Assembly (NCBI GenBank): GCA_041650935.1
Contig: JBAZKH010000001.1
Span: 576,911 to 640,910, forward strand
Source of the DNA: Candidatus Omnitrophota bacterium
GTDB taxonomy: Bacteria > Omnitrophota > Gorgyraeia > 2-01-FULL-45-10
DNA: 64,000 nt
Direction of reading: 5' to 3'
Numbering within the stretch: position 1 is the stretch's first letter; the number at the start of each line of letters is the position of its first letter. The position numbers and the translations under genes were made by a program. The notes under the pieces are model-generated. The model saw only the letters and a program-made list of their open reading frames with translations, was not told the DNA's origin and made no database searches. Of this stretch, positions 42,597-52,786 are shown in pieces.

Positions 42597-44036
42597 CTAT
42601 ATCCCCATCATCTGCTTTATGGCCATACGGACAAAATCAGACGGATATTTAATATATATGCCGCTCAAAAGAGAAAGTGCTGCCAGTATAGCCACCGAAG
42701 CCACCATCAATTTCGAGCCTTCTTTTGCGGTAAGCGCGCCTGAGCCCAGAAATATCGCGTTAAAGAGCCTGAATAGATAGAGTATCGTGAGGAGCGCGCA
42801 TACCAAAAACGCTATGGTTATAAAAGTCTGGCCGCTATTGACGGCTCCGGAGAATACGAGGTACTTGCTGAAGAAACCGCCGAACGGCGGAATGCCCATT
42901 ATCGAGAAGGCGCAAGCCAGAAACGATATCGCGGTCACGGGCATCGTCGCAAAGAGGCCGCCCATCTTCGTTATGTCTTTTGTCCCGGCATTCTGTTCCA
43001 CTATGCCCGCGCATAAAAATAGCCCGCCTTTGGCGAGCCCGTGCATCAGTATAAAGAGCAGCGCTCCGGCCGCTCCCACGCCGTTGCCTACGGCGAAGCC
43101 CAGGAATATGAAAGCGATCTGACTGACGGTCGAGTATGCTATGATCCTCTTCATATCCGTCTCTATCAGGGCCGCGCCCGCGGCGACGATCGCGCTGGAG
43201 GCCGCGATTATAGGCATGGCGGTTAGCCATAATATTCCTACGGGAAAAGTCACCACGAACAAACGCGCAAAGACATAGACTCCTATCTTTACAAGGACCG
43301 CCGCATGGAGCAGTGCCGTAACAGGAGACGGCGCAACGCCGGCATCCGGCAGCCACGTATGGAACGGCAGTGTAGCTGATTTTGAAAGTATCCCCAAAAG
43401 GATCAGGACGACGACGAAGTCAGGAATGGGATTGGACTTTAGGGCGGTTTTAATGACCGCAAGGTCGAATGATCCCGTCTTCCCATAAATATAGAGGAAG
43501 CCGATGAGCATGGCTAAGGCGCCGAAGACAGTGACGAGGAACGCTTTATCCGCCCTTATGACGTGCGTTTTTTCCCTGAAAAAACCTATTAAACGCCAGC
43601 TTGCTAGAGCAGTTATCTCCCAGAATACGAATAAGAGGATCAGGTTTGCGGAATAGACCAACCCCATCATCGAACCCAGGAAGAGCACGACCATGAGGTA
43701 GTATTCATTGCGGTTGTCGTAATGGCTTATATATCCGAACGAATACAGGACTATTATCGCGCCGACAAGCGATGAGACGAGCGCCATGAAGACCGCCAGG
43801 CCGTCTGCGGCGAGTGAGAAATTAAACCCTAATGGTAATTCTATGGATATAGCCGGTATCTTACCTGCGAGGACAGCCGGCACGAGGAGACTTGAACCGG
43901 CTAAGGATACGCATACAAATATAAGCGCGAGAGCATTTCGTAACCGCTCGGATATCCTTCCGGCAACCGGCAGTAAAAACGAGCCTATGACAGGAACGAA
44001 TATTATCGCTAGAAGGTAGTGATTTTCCATCGACAT
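42597..44036 (-). CDS. Antiporter-like subunit, NuoN/MrpD family
   Basis: 479 aa. LPFHTWLPDAGVAPSPVTALLHAAVLVKIGVY. Confidence 0.8.
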   Translation of the reverse strand: MSMENHYLLAIIFVPVIGSFLLPVAGRISERLRNALALIFVCVSLAGSSLLVPAVLAGKIPAISIELPLGFNFSLAADGLAVFMALVSSLVGAIIVLYSFGYISHYDNRNEYYLMVVLFLGSMMGLVYSANLILLFVFWEITALASWRLIGFFREKTHVIRADKAFLVTVFGALAMLIGFLYIYGKTGSFDLAVIKTALKSNPIPDFVVVLILLGILSKSATLPFHTWLPDAGVAPSPVTALLHAAVLVKIGVYVFARLFVVTFPVGILWLTAMPIIAASSAIVAAGAALIETDMKRIIAYSTVSQIAFIFLGFAVGNGVGAAGALLFILMHGLAKGGLFLCAGIVEQNAGTKDITKMGGLFATMPVTAISFLACAFSIMGIPPFGGFFSKYLVFSGAVNSGQTFITIAFLVCALLTILYLFRLFNAIFLGSGALTAKEGSKLMVASVAILAALSLLSGIYIKYPSDFVRMAIKQMMGI

Positions 44037-44046
44037 GGCCTAAATA

Positions 44047-46371
44047 TTATTTTGAAACGGCCAAATCAGGCGCCGTTCTTTTACTCTTCATCACCGCCCA
44101 GACCAGGGATGCGCATAAAAGCGACACTATTACCCACCCGCCAATCCCAAGTTTATTATACTGGACAACTATCGGCGCAATGATGACAGAGACAAGGTTT
44201 ACTACTTTTATCATAGGGTTGAGCGCCGGACCTGCGGTGTCTTTTAGCGGATCACCTACGGTATCGCCGACGACCGCTGCTTTGTGCCGCTCAGAACCTT
44301 TGCCGGTATTTTCGGCAACGCTGCGCACTTCATCTTCGATAGTCTTCTTCGCGTTATCCCATGCCCCGCCCGAATTTGACATGAATACTGCGAGCAGTTG
44401 TCCTGATAAAATTATACCGGCCAGGAATCCGCCGAGCGCCTCGACCTGAAGCACGAGCCCCACAACTATGGGCGATACTATGCATATGATCGCAAGGCTT
44501 ACGAGTTCTTTCTGGGCCGCTGTTGTGGAGATGGCAACGGCCTGCTTGTAGTCGGGCTTCACCTTGCCTTCTAACACGCCCAGCTTGAATTGACGCCTGA
44601 CCTCATGCACTATAAGAGAAGCGGCCCTTGCCACGGCCTGGATGCTGAATGCCGAGAATAACCACGGTATGGCGCCGCCTATAAGCATACCTACGAAAAC
44701 CTGCGGCACCGAAACGCGTATTCCCAGCGAACTTAGCTGATCGGCTAACGGTACACCTAACGCGGCCTGTACCTTGCTTACGTCGACCATATATGAACCA
44801 AAGAGCGCTACAGCCGCTATTACAGCGGATCCTATGGCTACTCCTTTGGTGATAGCCTTTGTCGTATTTCCAACTCCGTCGAGGTCGGCCATAATCTGGC
44901 GGGCCTCTTTCGTTTCCTTATCTTCTTTGCCGTGCCAGGCCATCTCCGCTATGCCGTTCGCGTTATCCGCGATCGGTCCGAAAGAGTCCATGGCTACGTT
45001 GTTGCCTGTAAGGGTCAGCATGCCTATGCCTGTCATGGCAACGCCGTACAATATATAGGCAACCTTGGTGGCGCCCGCGATCCCGGGAATCGTTCCGAAT
45101 ATAACGATCGATGAGAATATCGTAGTAGCTATGACAAGTATCGACCATACCGCAGATTCATATCCGACCGCGATGCCGGACAATATAGTAGTAGCCGAGC
45201 CCGTTGCGGTGGACTTCCTGATCTCGCGAACCGGCTTACCTTCTGTTCCTGTAAAGTATTCTGTAAGACGGTCGATAGCGATCGCCAATCCTACGCCAAC
45301 CGCCGTTGCGAGGAACGGTCTCCACCATCCGCCCGGAAGCTTGTTCATGTAAACGAACGCTAGCACGCCGAACAGGGTAACAGATATCGCGGCCGATGTT
45401 AAGAAGCCGCGGAATATCGCCTTCATAGCATTACCGCTCTTGGAAGGCCCTTCTTTTACAGCGTAAGTACCTATAATAGAACATAAGACGCCTATGCCGC
45501 GCACGAGGAGCGGATAGACTATCCATTCAAGCCTGTGCGTTATGTGATATAGCGCAAGACCGAGTATCAATCCTGCCACTATAGTTACTTCGTATGATTC
45601 GAATATATCAGCCGCCATACCGGCACAATCGCCGACGTTGTCTCCTACCAGGTCCGCGACTACTGCAGGATTGCGCGGGTCATCCTCGGGGATGCCTGCC
45701 TCGACTTTTCCGACAAGGTCGGCGCCGACATCGGCTGCCTTCGTATATATCCCGCCGCCCACCCTCATGAATAATGCGAGCAGCGTGCCGCCGAAGCCAA
45801 AACCCAATAATGCGTCGGGCGCGGCAACGCCGAATATGATGAATATTATCGTTCCGCCGAATAGTCCCAGGCCGTCTGTCAGCATGCCGGTGATGGTACC
45901 CGAACGGTAAGCTATCCTTAGCGCGTCGCCAAACGACCTCTTTGCTGCCTGAGCTACTCTTACATTACCCTGGACTGCCATACGCATACCGAGCTGACCG
46001 ACAAGAAGTGAAAATACCGCGCCCATGATGAACGCGAGCGCCCTGCCTATGCCTATGATGAGCCTGACCGCATTTTCCGGCTGTCCGGCAAAGCGCTGCA
46101 TCGCTTCTTCGGAAGGAGGCACTATATATACGGAAAAGAACAACGCGAATGTAAGTATGCCGATCAAAGGCAATATACTGAAGAGCTGTTTGCGAAGATA
46201 TGCGTTTGCGCCTTCCCTGATAGCGTTCCAGACCTCTATCATTTTGGCATCGCCTTTATCTTCCCGCAGTATCTGCTTGCGAAGGAAGAGAGCGTAAAGC
46301 AGTCCGAGTATAGATATGCCTAAAACACCCCAAATCGCGACCTGTTCAAAAAATGTAAGCCCATATACCAT
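44047..46371 (-). CDS. hppA: Membrane-bound proton/sodium-translocating pyrophosphatase
   Basis: 774 aa. GGGIYTKAADVGADLVGKVE, DNVGDCAGMAADIFESY and the C-terminal DTVGDPLKDTAGPALN motif. Confidence 0.95.
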   Translation of the reverse strand: MVYGLTFFEQVAIWGVLGISILGLLYALFLRKQILREDKGDAKMIEVWNAIREGANAYLRKQLFSILPLIGILTFALFFSVYIVPPSEEAMQRFAGQPENAVRLIIGIGRALAFIMGAVFSLLVGQLGMRMAVQGNVRVAQAAKRSFGDALRIAYRSGTITGMLTDGLGLFGGTIIFIIFGVAAPDALLGFGFGGTLLALFMRVGGGIYTKAADVGADLVGKVEAGIPEDDPRNPAVVADLVGDNVGDCAGMAADIFESYEVTIVAGLILGLALYHITHRLEWIVYPLLVRGIGVLCSIIGTYAVKEGPSKSGNAMKAIFRGFLTSAAISVTLFGVLAFVYMNKLPGGWWRPFLATAVGVGLAIAIDRLTEYFTGTEGKPVREIRKSTATGSATTILSGIAVGYESAVWSILVIATTIFSSIVIFGTIPGIAGATKVAYILYGVAMTGIGMLTLTGNNVAMDSFGPIADNANGIAEMAWHGKEDKETKEARQIMADLDGVGNTTKAITKGVAIGSAVIAAVALFGSYMVDVSKVQAALGVPLADQLSSLGIRVSVPQVFVGMLIGGAIPWLFSAFSIQAVARAASLIVHEVRRQFKLGVLEGKVKPDYKQAVAISTTAAQKELVSLAIICIVSPIVVGLVLQVEALGGFLAGIILSGQLLAVFMSNSGGAWDNAKKTIEDEVRSVAENTGKGSERHKAAVVGDTVGDPLKDTAGPALNPMIKVVNLVSVIIAPIVVQYNKLGIGGWVIVSLLCASLVWAVMKSKRTAPDLAVSK

Positions 46372-46474
46372 TTCATGCTCCTTTTTGAAATTTTTAAAAA
46401 ATAAAGCCCCCTACTTTGCCCTTCCTACCGAAGGAGGCCTTGATTAAGACATCATTGTCTATCGATTTATATCT

Positions 46475-46502
46475 ATTATAAGCGTTAAACAGAGCTTGTC
46501 AA
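46475..46502 (-). promoter_or_regulatory. Consensus sigma70 promoter (TTGACA-16-TATAAT) for hppA and the downstream cluster
   Basis: On the minus strand: -35 ttgaca (plus 46497-46502), 16-nt spacer, -10 tataat (plus 46475-46480). Predicted 5' UTR of about 95 nt before the hppA ATG at 46371. Confidence 0.45.
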
Positions 46503-46788
46503 GGCAAAAATTTCCCGATCCTGTCCTTATTGTGAAGGCTTTGTTCTCGGCCTGAATTTTTAAAAATTTAAAGGCCGTTCACAAATCCTTCACAATTAGT
46601 GTCAAGCAAGGTAAAATTTTTCACTTTCCGTCGGAGGAATCCGATGAGGGATTCGTGCTGAGCGGGGCGTTAAAAGTTCGAGGCAGCGTACGAGAACTTT
46701 TATCGAGCGCAATTTTCACATGGCTGAAAATTGCGCGTCCCCGCGAGGCACAATCCCGAAATCGGATTACTCCAGAAATCGAAAAATT

Positions 46789-48777
46789 TTAACTCACCCT
46801 TATCGGCATGACGATAAACGGTATGCCTTTTTGGTGCAGACGGCGCTGGACGGCCCATACGGTATAGTTGTAGAGCATCTTTGTAAAAATAGTATCCTCA
46901 GGAAAGACTATCTGGCCGCCGAAGAATACGCTGTCGGGATAGTGTTCGAATATCTCGGAAGCCATCTTTGAAACATCGTCGGCTACCTCTGTGCCTATGG
47001 TAAAATGACTCTCCGCGTAGAACCCCTGGCTCTTCATAAAAGCAGTATAGTGCTCCAGCTCCTCCTGTATATGGACCTTAAGCTCGGCCATAGCATCGAC
47101 CCCTTTAAAGTTTCCGGCGTCCACTATCCCCGCAGTCATGAATACAAAATTCCTGATGTCGCCGAAGAGCCGGCGCACATTAAATACGGTATGGAGCCCC
47201 ATGCCGTTAAAGCCGTTAACTAATATTACAGCGGTCTTCGATTCAGGATCGTATACAGGTTCCGGCTTGGCCTCCTCATTTCCCTCTATAGACTTTGCGA
47301 TCTCGGCGGCGTGGACAAGGTTATCTAGCCGCACCAGCAGTTTCATCGTCCTCTTATAGTAACGCTTTATCGCAACCGCCACCGCGATAAGCGAGCCGGT
47401 AATGAATATGGTTATCCATCCGCCTTCGTTAAATTTTATGATCACCACCGATAACAAAATAAAGGTTGTCAGGATAAGGCCGACGCCGCTTATGGCCAGT
47501 TTCTTAAGCCACGCCTTTACCTTCCCCCTGACACTCCACCAATGGCGCACCATGCCCAGCTGGGAAAGACAGAACGTTATAAATACGTTGATGGCATACA
47601 GGACGACGAGAAACTTTACCGAACCCCGGCTCAGGGCAATCAAAATCAGCGCCGCGCCGCCCATAAGGAAGATGCCGTTTTGTGTAACAAAACGTTCGCT
47701 TAATATGGCAAACTGGAACGGGAACCATCTATCCTGCGCCATGTTCGCCAGGACGCGGGGCCCATCCAGGAATCCTGTTTGAGCCGCGACGAAAAGTATT
47801 ATAGCTTCCGATACGAGCGTAACGAGTAAAAAGATGCATGCGATACCGGGGCTCCAGTGTACGGTCATATTTTCGAGAAGGACGGCATTGAGCGTCTTCC
47901 CTGCCTGGAATTGCACCCCGTAAAGTAGGTATCCCAGCATAAGGCCGCCGGCAACGGTCGCCAGGGATATGGACATATACTTCATCGTCTTCTTGGCCGT
48001 TTCGACCTTAGGTTCTCTCAATATTGGCAGGCCATTGGATACGGCTTCTATGCCTGTATATGTTCCGGCACCCATACTATATGCCTTCATAATAAGGACG
48101 AGCATGCCGAATGTACCTATTTCGGACCGCGTTATATTGACATCGCTTATCGTTGCGTTTATCACACTGCCAAGCTGCGAGGCATGCGTTATGAGGGCGT
48201 ATAGGATAACGAAGATATGGGTTCCCACAAAGATAAGGAATATCGGAACGAGCGGCATGACGGACTCTTTTGTGCCCCTCATATTTAAAACCATGAGAGT
48301 CAGCACGCCTATTACGGCTACAGATAATTTAAAGGGCAGTAATGCCGGCGGTAAAAAACTGAAGAGGGCATCCGCACCGCTGGCAATCGAGAGCGCTATG
48401 GTCAGGACGTAATCTACTAATAATGCGCATCCCGAGACCATGCCTAAAGACGGCGAAAGGAGCTTGCTGGCGACTAAATAGCCTCCGCCGCCCGAGGGGA
48501 AGAGTTCGATTATCTGTGAGTAGCTGGAGCTTATTACGAATATTGTTATGGCGGTGGCAATAGCGACGAATATGCCAAGGAACATGTGGGATTTTAGCGC
48601 CAGGAAGGCCTCTTCCGGACCATAACAACATGAGGATAGTCCGTCCGAGCCCAGACCGACCCATGCAAAGAAAGCTATAAGGGATATCTTATGGAATAGT
48701 TGTGGGTCGTGGAGGCTGCGGGCCCTGCCTATAACAAACTCTTTTACCCGCCCGAATATGTTGGGCTTGTCCGTCAT
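46789..48777 (-). CDS. APC-superfamily permease with a C-terminal cytoplasmic domain (amino-acid or cation transporter)
   Basis: 662 aa. About 12 TMs with a GSDGLSS/GGGGY-type APC signature. About 200-aa soluble C-terminal domain. Confidence 0.65.
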   Translation of the reverse strand: MTDKPNIFGRVKEFVIGRARSLHDPQLFHKISLIAFFAWVGLGSDGLSSCCYGPEEAFLALKSHMFLGIFVAIATAITIFVISSSYSQIIELFPSGGGGYLVASKLLSPSLGMVSGCALLVDYVLTIALSIASGADALFSFLPPALLPFKLSVAVIGVLTLMVLNMRGTKESVMPLVPIFLIFVGTHIFVILYALITHASQLGSVINATISDVNITRSEIGTFGMLVLIMKAYSMGAGTYTGIEAVSNGLPILREPKVETAKKTMKYMSISLATVAGGLMLGYLLYGVQFQAGKTLNAVLLENMTVHWSPGIACIFLLVTLVSEAIILFVAAQTGFLDGPRVLANMAQDRWFPFQFAILSERFVTQNGIFLMGGAALILIALSRGSVKFLVVLYAINVFITFCLSQLGMVRHWWSVRGKVKAWLKKLAISGVGLILTTFILLSVVIIKFNEGGWITIFITGSLIAVAVAIKRYYKRTMKLLVRLDNLVHAAEIAKSIEGNEEAKPEPVYDPESKTAVILVNGFNGMGLHTVFNVRRLFGDIRNFVFMTAGIVDAGNFKGVDAMAELKVHIQEELEHYTAFMKSQGFYAESHFTIGTEVADDVSKMASEIFEHYPDSVFFGGQIVFPEDTIFTKMLYNYTVWAVQRRLHQKGIPFIVMPIRVS

Positions 48778-48792
48778 TCAATTACTCCGGCA

Positions 48793-50985
48793 TCATTTTA
48801 TAAAGAGCATTTCCCGGTATTTGGGCAGATCCCAATGCTCGTCCGATACGACACATTCGAGCGCGTCGGCGTGCTTACGTATATGTTCCATGAGGGGCTT
48901 CAGTTTTTCGAAATATATCTTTGCGCGTTCTTCGTGGTGCGCTTTTTTTGCCTTTTCCAGGAGCGCCATCATCTTTCCGGCATTATGCCGTACATAGTAT
49001 ATTTTGGAACTAACCTCCGCCAGGTGGTCCTTAAGGTCGCCGAATACGGCCGCTTCGATCTTAAGCGCCGCGCTCTTCTTCAGGCTTGCCAGGTCGCGCA
49101 GGTTGCCTGCCAATAGCATCTGGTATTCGTATCCCGGAGGGACTATATTGGCATTGACCATTTCGTTAAGCGTGTTGGCCTCGATCTCCAGGATGGTATT
49201 ATAAGTATGCAGCCAGATATGGTATCTTGCCAGTATCTCTTCCCTGGAAAAGACCTTGTAGTTTTCGAATAGCCTGATATTCTTTTCTTTGGTCAGCGCC
49301 TTTAATGCTTCCGCTGTGGACGCGACATTCGGCAGCCCCCTCTTCTTGGCCTCTTTTATCCATTCGGGAGCGTAGTTATTACCTTCGAAGCGGATACTCT
49401 TGGTCTCTTTTACGATCTCGGATATTACTTTCAATACGGCCGCATTAAAGTCCTTACCGTTAGCGGCCTTATTTATCTTCCCGGCAACGTAATCGAGTGA
49501 ATCGGCAACGATCGTATTGATCACGGTTATAGGCGTCGATACGTTTTGCGATGATCCGACGGCCCTGAATTCGAACTTTGTGCCGGTGAACGCAAAAGGC
49601 GAAGTCCTGTTCCGGTCGGTGGTATCCTTGTTGAACCTGGGCAGGCGCGCTATGCCGAAATCCATTATATCTTTTTTGGATACGGAGGTCTTTACGCCCT
49701 TTTCCAGCATATCCAGGATCTTCGTCAGCTGATCCCCGAGAAAGACGCTTATAATCGCCGGCGGCGCCTCGTTCGCGCCCAGCCGGTGCTCGTTCCCCGC
49801 CATGGCGACGCTGGCCCTTAAAAGATCCGCATAGTTATGGACGGCCCTCAGGACGGCCGCAAGGACCGCCAGGAACTGCAGGTTGTCTTCGGGCGTGTCG
49901 CCCGGGTTCAGGAGGTTGGCCCCTTTATCGTCCGCCAGCGACCAATTCAAGTGCTTGCCGCTGCCGTTTATCCCGGCGAACGGTTTTTCGTGCAGCAGGC
50001 AGACCAGGTTATGTCTTAACGCGACCTTCTTCATAAGTTCCATCAGAAGCTGGTTGTGGTCGGCAGCAATATTCGATTCTTCGAATATAGGGGCAAATTC
50101 GTACTGGTGCGGGGCAACTTCGTTGTGCCTTGTCATTATGGGGATGCCCAGTTTGTAGGCCTCTTCTGCCGCCTCGAACATGAAATTAATGACGCGCTCT
50201 TTTATGGTTCCAAAATACTGGTCCTCGAGCTGCTGTCCTTTCGGCGATGCGGCGCCGACCAGCGTCCTGCCGGTCAGTAAAAGGTCCTGGCGGAGATTGT
50301 AATAATCCTTATCTATAAGGAAATACTCCTGTTCCGGGCCGCAGGTGGAAAAGACCTTCTTCACGCCCTTGTGCCCGAAAAGTTTAAGAAGATTTACGGC
50401 CGCCCTGCTTATGACCTCGTCGGAACGCAAAAGCGGCAGCTTCTTGTCGAGGGCCTCGCCGTGGTAAGAGATGAATATCGTGGGTATGCATAGGGTCTTG
50501 CCAAGCCCGGACTCTATTATAAAGGCCGGGCTCGAAGGATCCCAGGCCGTATAGCCCCGCGCCTCAAATGTCGCCCTGATCCCGCCCGACGGAAAACTGG
50601 ATGCGTCCGGCTCACCCTGTATCAGCTTATTCCCGGAAAACTTCTCGATTACCCGCCCCGGGCCCGATATCGAGATAAAGCTGTCGTGTTTCTCTGCGGT
50701 AAGGCCCGTCATAGGCTGGAACCAGTGCGTATAATAAGTGGCGCCCTTCGAAATTGCCCATTCTTTCATAGCGTCGGCTATTTCGTTCGCCTGCTCAAGC
50801 GTTATTATCGCGCCCTCCGCCATCCAGCGCCTGAACGCTTCGAACGTATTTTTCGAAATGTGTTTTTGCATCGTAGATAAACCGAATGTGTTCTCGCCGA
50901 AATAAGACGAGACCTTTTTGCGGCTGTCGCTTTTTGGCAGATCGATACTCTTAATATCGAACAGGACCTTCTGTCTTACGTTCAT
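48793..50985 (-). CDS. glnN: Glutamine synthetase, type III
   Basis: 730 aa, the GSIII size class. ATYYTHWFQPMTGLTAEKHDSF N-terminal region. GS catalytic domain motifs. Confidence 0.8.
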   Translation of the reverse strand: MNVRQKVLFDIKSIDLPKSDSRKKVSSYFGENTFGLSTMQKHISKNTFEAFRRWMAEGAIITLEQANEIADAMKEWAISKGATYYTHWFQPMTGLTAEKHDSFISISGPGRVIEKFSGNKLIQGEPDASSFPSGGIRATFEARGYTAWDPSSPAFIIESGLGKTLCIPTIFISYHGEALDKKLPLLRSDEVISRAAVNLLKLFGHKGVKKVFSTCGPEQEYFLIDKDYYNLRQDLLLTGRTLVGAASPKGQQLEDQYFGTIKERVINFMFEAAEEAYKLGIPIMTRHNEVAPHQYEFAPIFEESNIAADHNQLLMELMKKVALRHNLVCLLHEKPFAGINGSGKHLNWSLADDKGANLLNPGDTPEDNLQFLAVLAAVLRAVHNYADLLRASVAMAGNEHRLGANEAPPAIISVFLGDQLTKILDMLEKGVKTSVSKKDIMDFGIARLPRFNKDTTDRNRTSPFAFTGTKFEFRAVGSSQNVSTPITVINTIVADSLDYVAGKINKAANGKDFNAAVLKVISEIVKETKSIRFEGNNYAPEWIKEAKKRGLPNVASTAEALKALTKEKNIRLFENYKVFSREEILARYHIWLHTYNTILEIEANTLNEMVNANIVPPGYEYQMLLAGNLRDLASLKKSAALKIEAAVFGDLKDHLAEVSSKIYYVRHNAGKMMALLEKAKKAHHEERAKIYFEKLKPLMEHIRKHADALECVVSDEHWDLPKYREMLFIK

Positions 50986-51097
50986 AATACCCCCTTGTAA
51001 ATATGGAATATCTTACCATGAAACCGGATATAAAAACAGAGACATTCATATAGCGATTGATACGAACGCCTCTTGCGAAATAACCGTAAACCGCTTT

Positions 51098-52774
51098 CTA
51101 CTTATATTTATTCGTTATCGGCATCCTTCTATCTTTGCCGAACGCTTTAGGCGTGATCCTGATGCCCGGAGGAGATTGTCTCCTTTTGTATTCGCTCTTA
51201 TCTACCATTGTCAGGACCCTGGCGACGGCGTCCTTATCAAAACCCATAGCCGCGATCTCGTCATAGGCTTTATCGTCTTCTATGTACTCTTTGAGAATCT
51301 CGTCAAGCAGTTCGTACGGCGGCAATGTATCCTGGTCCTTCTGGTCGGGCTTCAATTCCGCCGTAGGCGGCCTGGCGATCACCGATTCCGGGATTACCCT
51401 GCCCAGGGAGTTTCTATATAAAACCAGCTTATAGACGAGCGTCTTCAGTACATCTTTAATTACAGCGAACCCGCCGGCCATGTCGCCATATAACGTGGCG
51501 TATCCCGTGCTCATTTCGGATTTGTTTCCCGTGGCAAGTACGAGATAACCAAATTTATTCGAAAGAGCCATCAGGAGGCTGCCGCGTATCCGCGCCTGCA
51601 AATTTTCCTCCGCTGTATCCCTGGGCAAGCCGCCGAATTGCTGTTCGAGCGACATGAGGTACAATTTGAATATATGCTCGATAGAAATAATATTAAACTT
51701 GATTCCCAGGTTCGCGGCGACCGCCTTGGCGTCGGCCTCTGATTGAGGCGATGAGTAACGGGTCGGCATAAATACGGTTACGACATTATCTTTTCCCAGA
51801 GCATCTGCGGCAAGGCAGGCCACCAGCGCGGAATCTATGCCGCCGCTCAATCCTATAAGGACTTTTTTGAAACCGTTTTTAAAGACATAGTCCTTAAGAC
51901 CGAGTAAAAGGGCCTGATATATCTCGGCGGTCTCTCCCAATGGCCGGGTCTCTTTTTTAACAACAGGCGGCCTCTGCTTTGGGGCATGATCTTCCGCGAT
52001 GATTATGGCCGTCCGCGGCAGGCCTGGCGCCCCGGCCGCTATCTCCGCGTCGACAACCACCATATCTTCCTTAAACGCGTCTGCCCTTGCAAGCACCCGC
52101 CCGGAGCTGTCAACGACCATGCTCTGTCCGTCAAAGACCAGCTCATCCTGGCCGCCCACAAGATTCGTATAACTGACAACGACGCCGTTTTTCCCGGCCT
52201 GCTTTTTAACTATCTCCTCCCGTTCTTTTACCTTCCCGGCATGGTACGGCGAAGAATTTATATTTATGATAAGTTTTGCCCCTGATTGTGCCTGTGCGCA
52301 AAGCGGCCCTTCGGCATGCCCTGTATCTTCACAGACATTCACCCCGAAGATAATCTCTCCCAGCCTAAAGACGCGGGAATCTTTACCGGGTTTGAAATAA
52401 CGTTTTTCATCGAAGACCCCGTAGTTCGACAATATCTCCTTGCGGCATATGCCCAACACCTTTGCTTTATGTATTACCGCCGCCGCATTATAGATATCTC
52501 CGCCTGCCCTGTCCACGAATCCTACTATTGTCACAATATCGTCGGCCGCTTTCGTGACGCGCTTCAGGGATTCCAGGTTATCTGTTACGAAAGCCTCTTT
52601 AAGCAAAAGGTCTTCCGGCGGATAACCGGTGACGGCAAGCTCGGGGAACGAGACGATGTCGGCCCCGGCATCTTTTGCTTTTCGCAGGTATTCGATTATC
52701 TTCGCGGTGTTCCCGTCGAGATCGCCGACAACGCAGTTAATCTGCGCTATGCATATCCTTACGCTCGTCTTCAT
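51098..52774 (-). CDS. nadE: Glutamine-dependent NAD+ synthetase (nitrilase domain plus NAD synthetase domain)
   Basis: 558 aa. N-terminal CN-hydrolase (RICIAQIN..., catalytic ...NVCED...). C-terminal PP-loop GLSGGIDSAL. Confidence 0.9.
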   Translation of the reverse strand: MKTSVRICIAQINCVVGDLDGNTAKIIEYLRKAKDAGADIVSFPELAVTGYPPEDLLLKEAFVTDNLESLKRVTKAADDIVTIVGFVDRAGGDIYNAAAVIHKAKVLGICRKEILSNYGVFDEKRYFKPGKDSRVFRLGEIIFGVNVCEDTGHAEGPLCAQAQSGAKLIININSSPYHAGKVKEREEIVKKQAGKNGVVVSYTNLVGGQDELVFDGQSMVVDSSGRVLARADAFKEDMVVVDAEIAAGAPGLPRTAIIIAEDHAPKQRPPVVKKETRPLGETAEIYQALLLGLKDYVFKNGFKKVLIGLSGGIDSALVACLAADALGKDNVVTVFMPTRYSSPQSEADAKAVAANLGIKFNIISIEHIFKLYLMSLEQQFGGLPRDTAEENLQARIRGSLLMALSNKFGYLVLATGNKSEMSTGYATLYGDMAGGFAVIKDVLKTLVYKLVLYRNSLGRVIPESVIARPPTAELKPDQKDQDTLPPYELLDEILKEYIEDDKAYDEIAAMGFDKDAVARVLTMVDKSEYKRRQSPPGIRITPKAFGKDRRMPITNKYK

Positions 52775-52786
52775 AAGATATCTCTG

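Noticed and set aside
46720-46971. 83-aa plus-strand ORF
   Set aside because: It overlaps the 3' end of the APC permease on the opposite strand and extends into the non-coding hppA upstream region. No Shine-Dalgarno, no motif.
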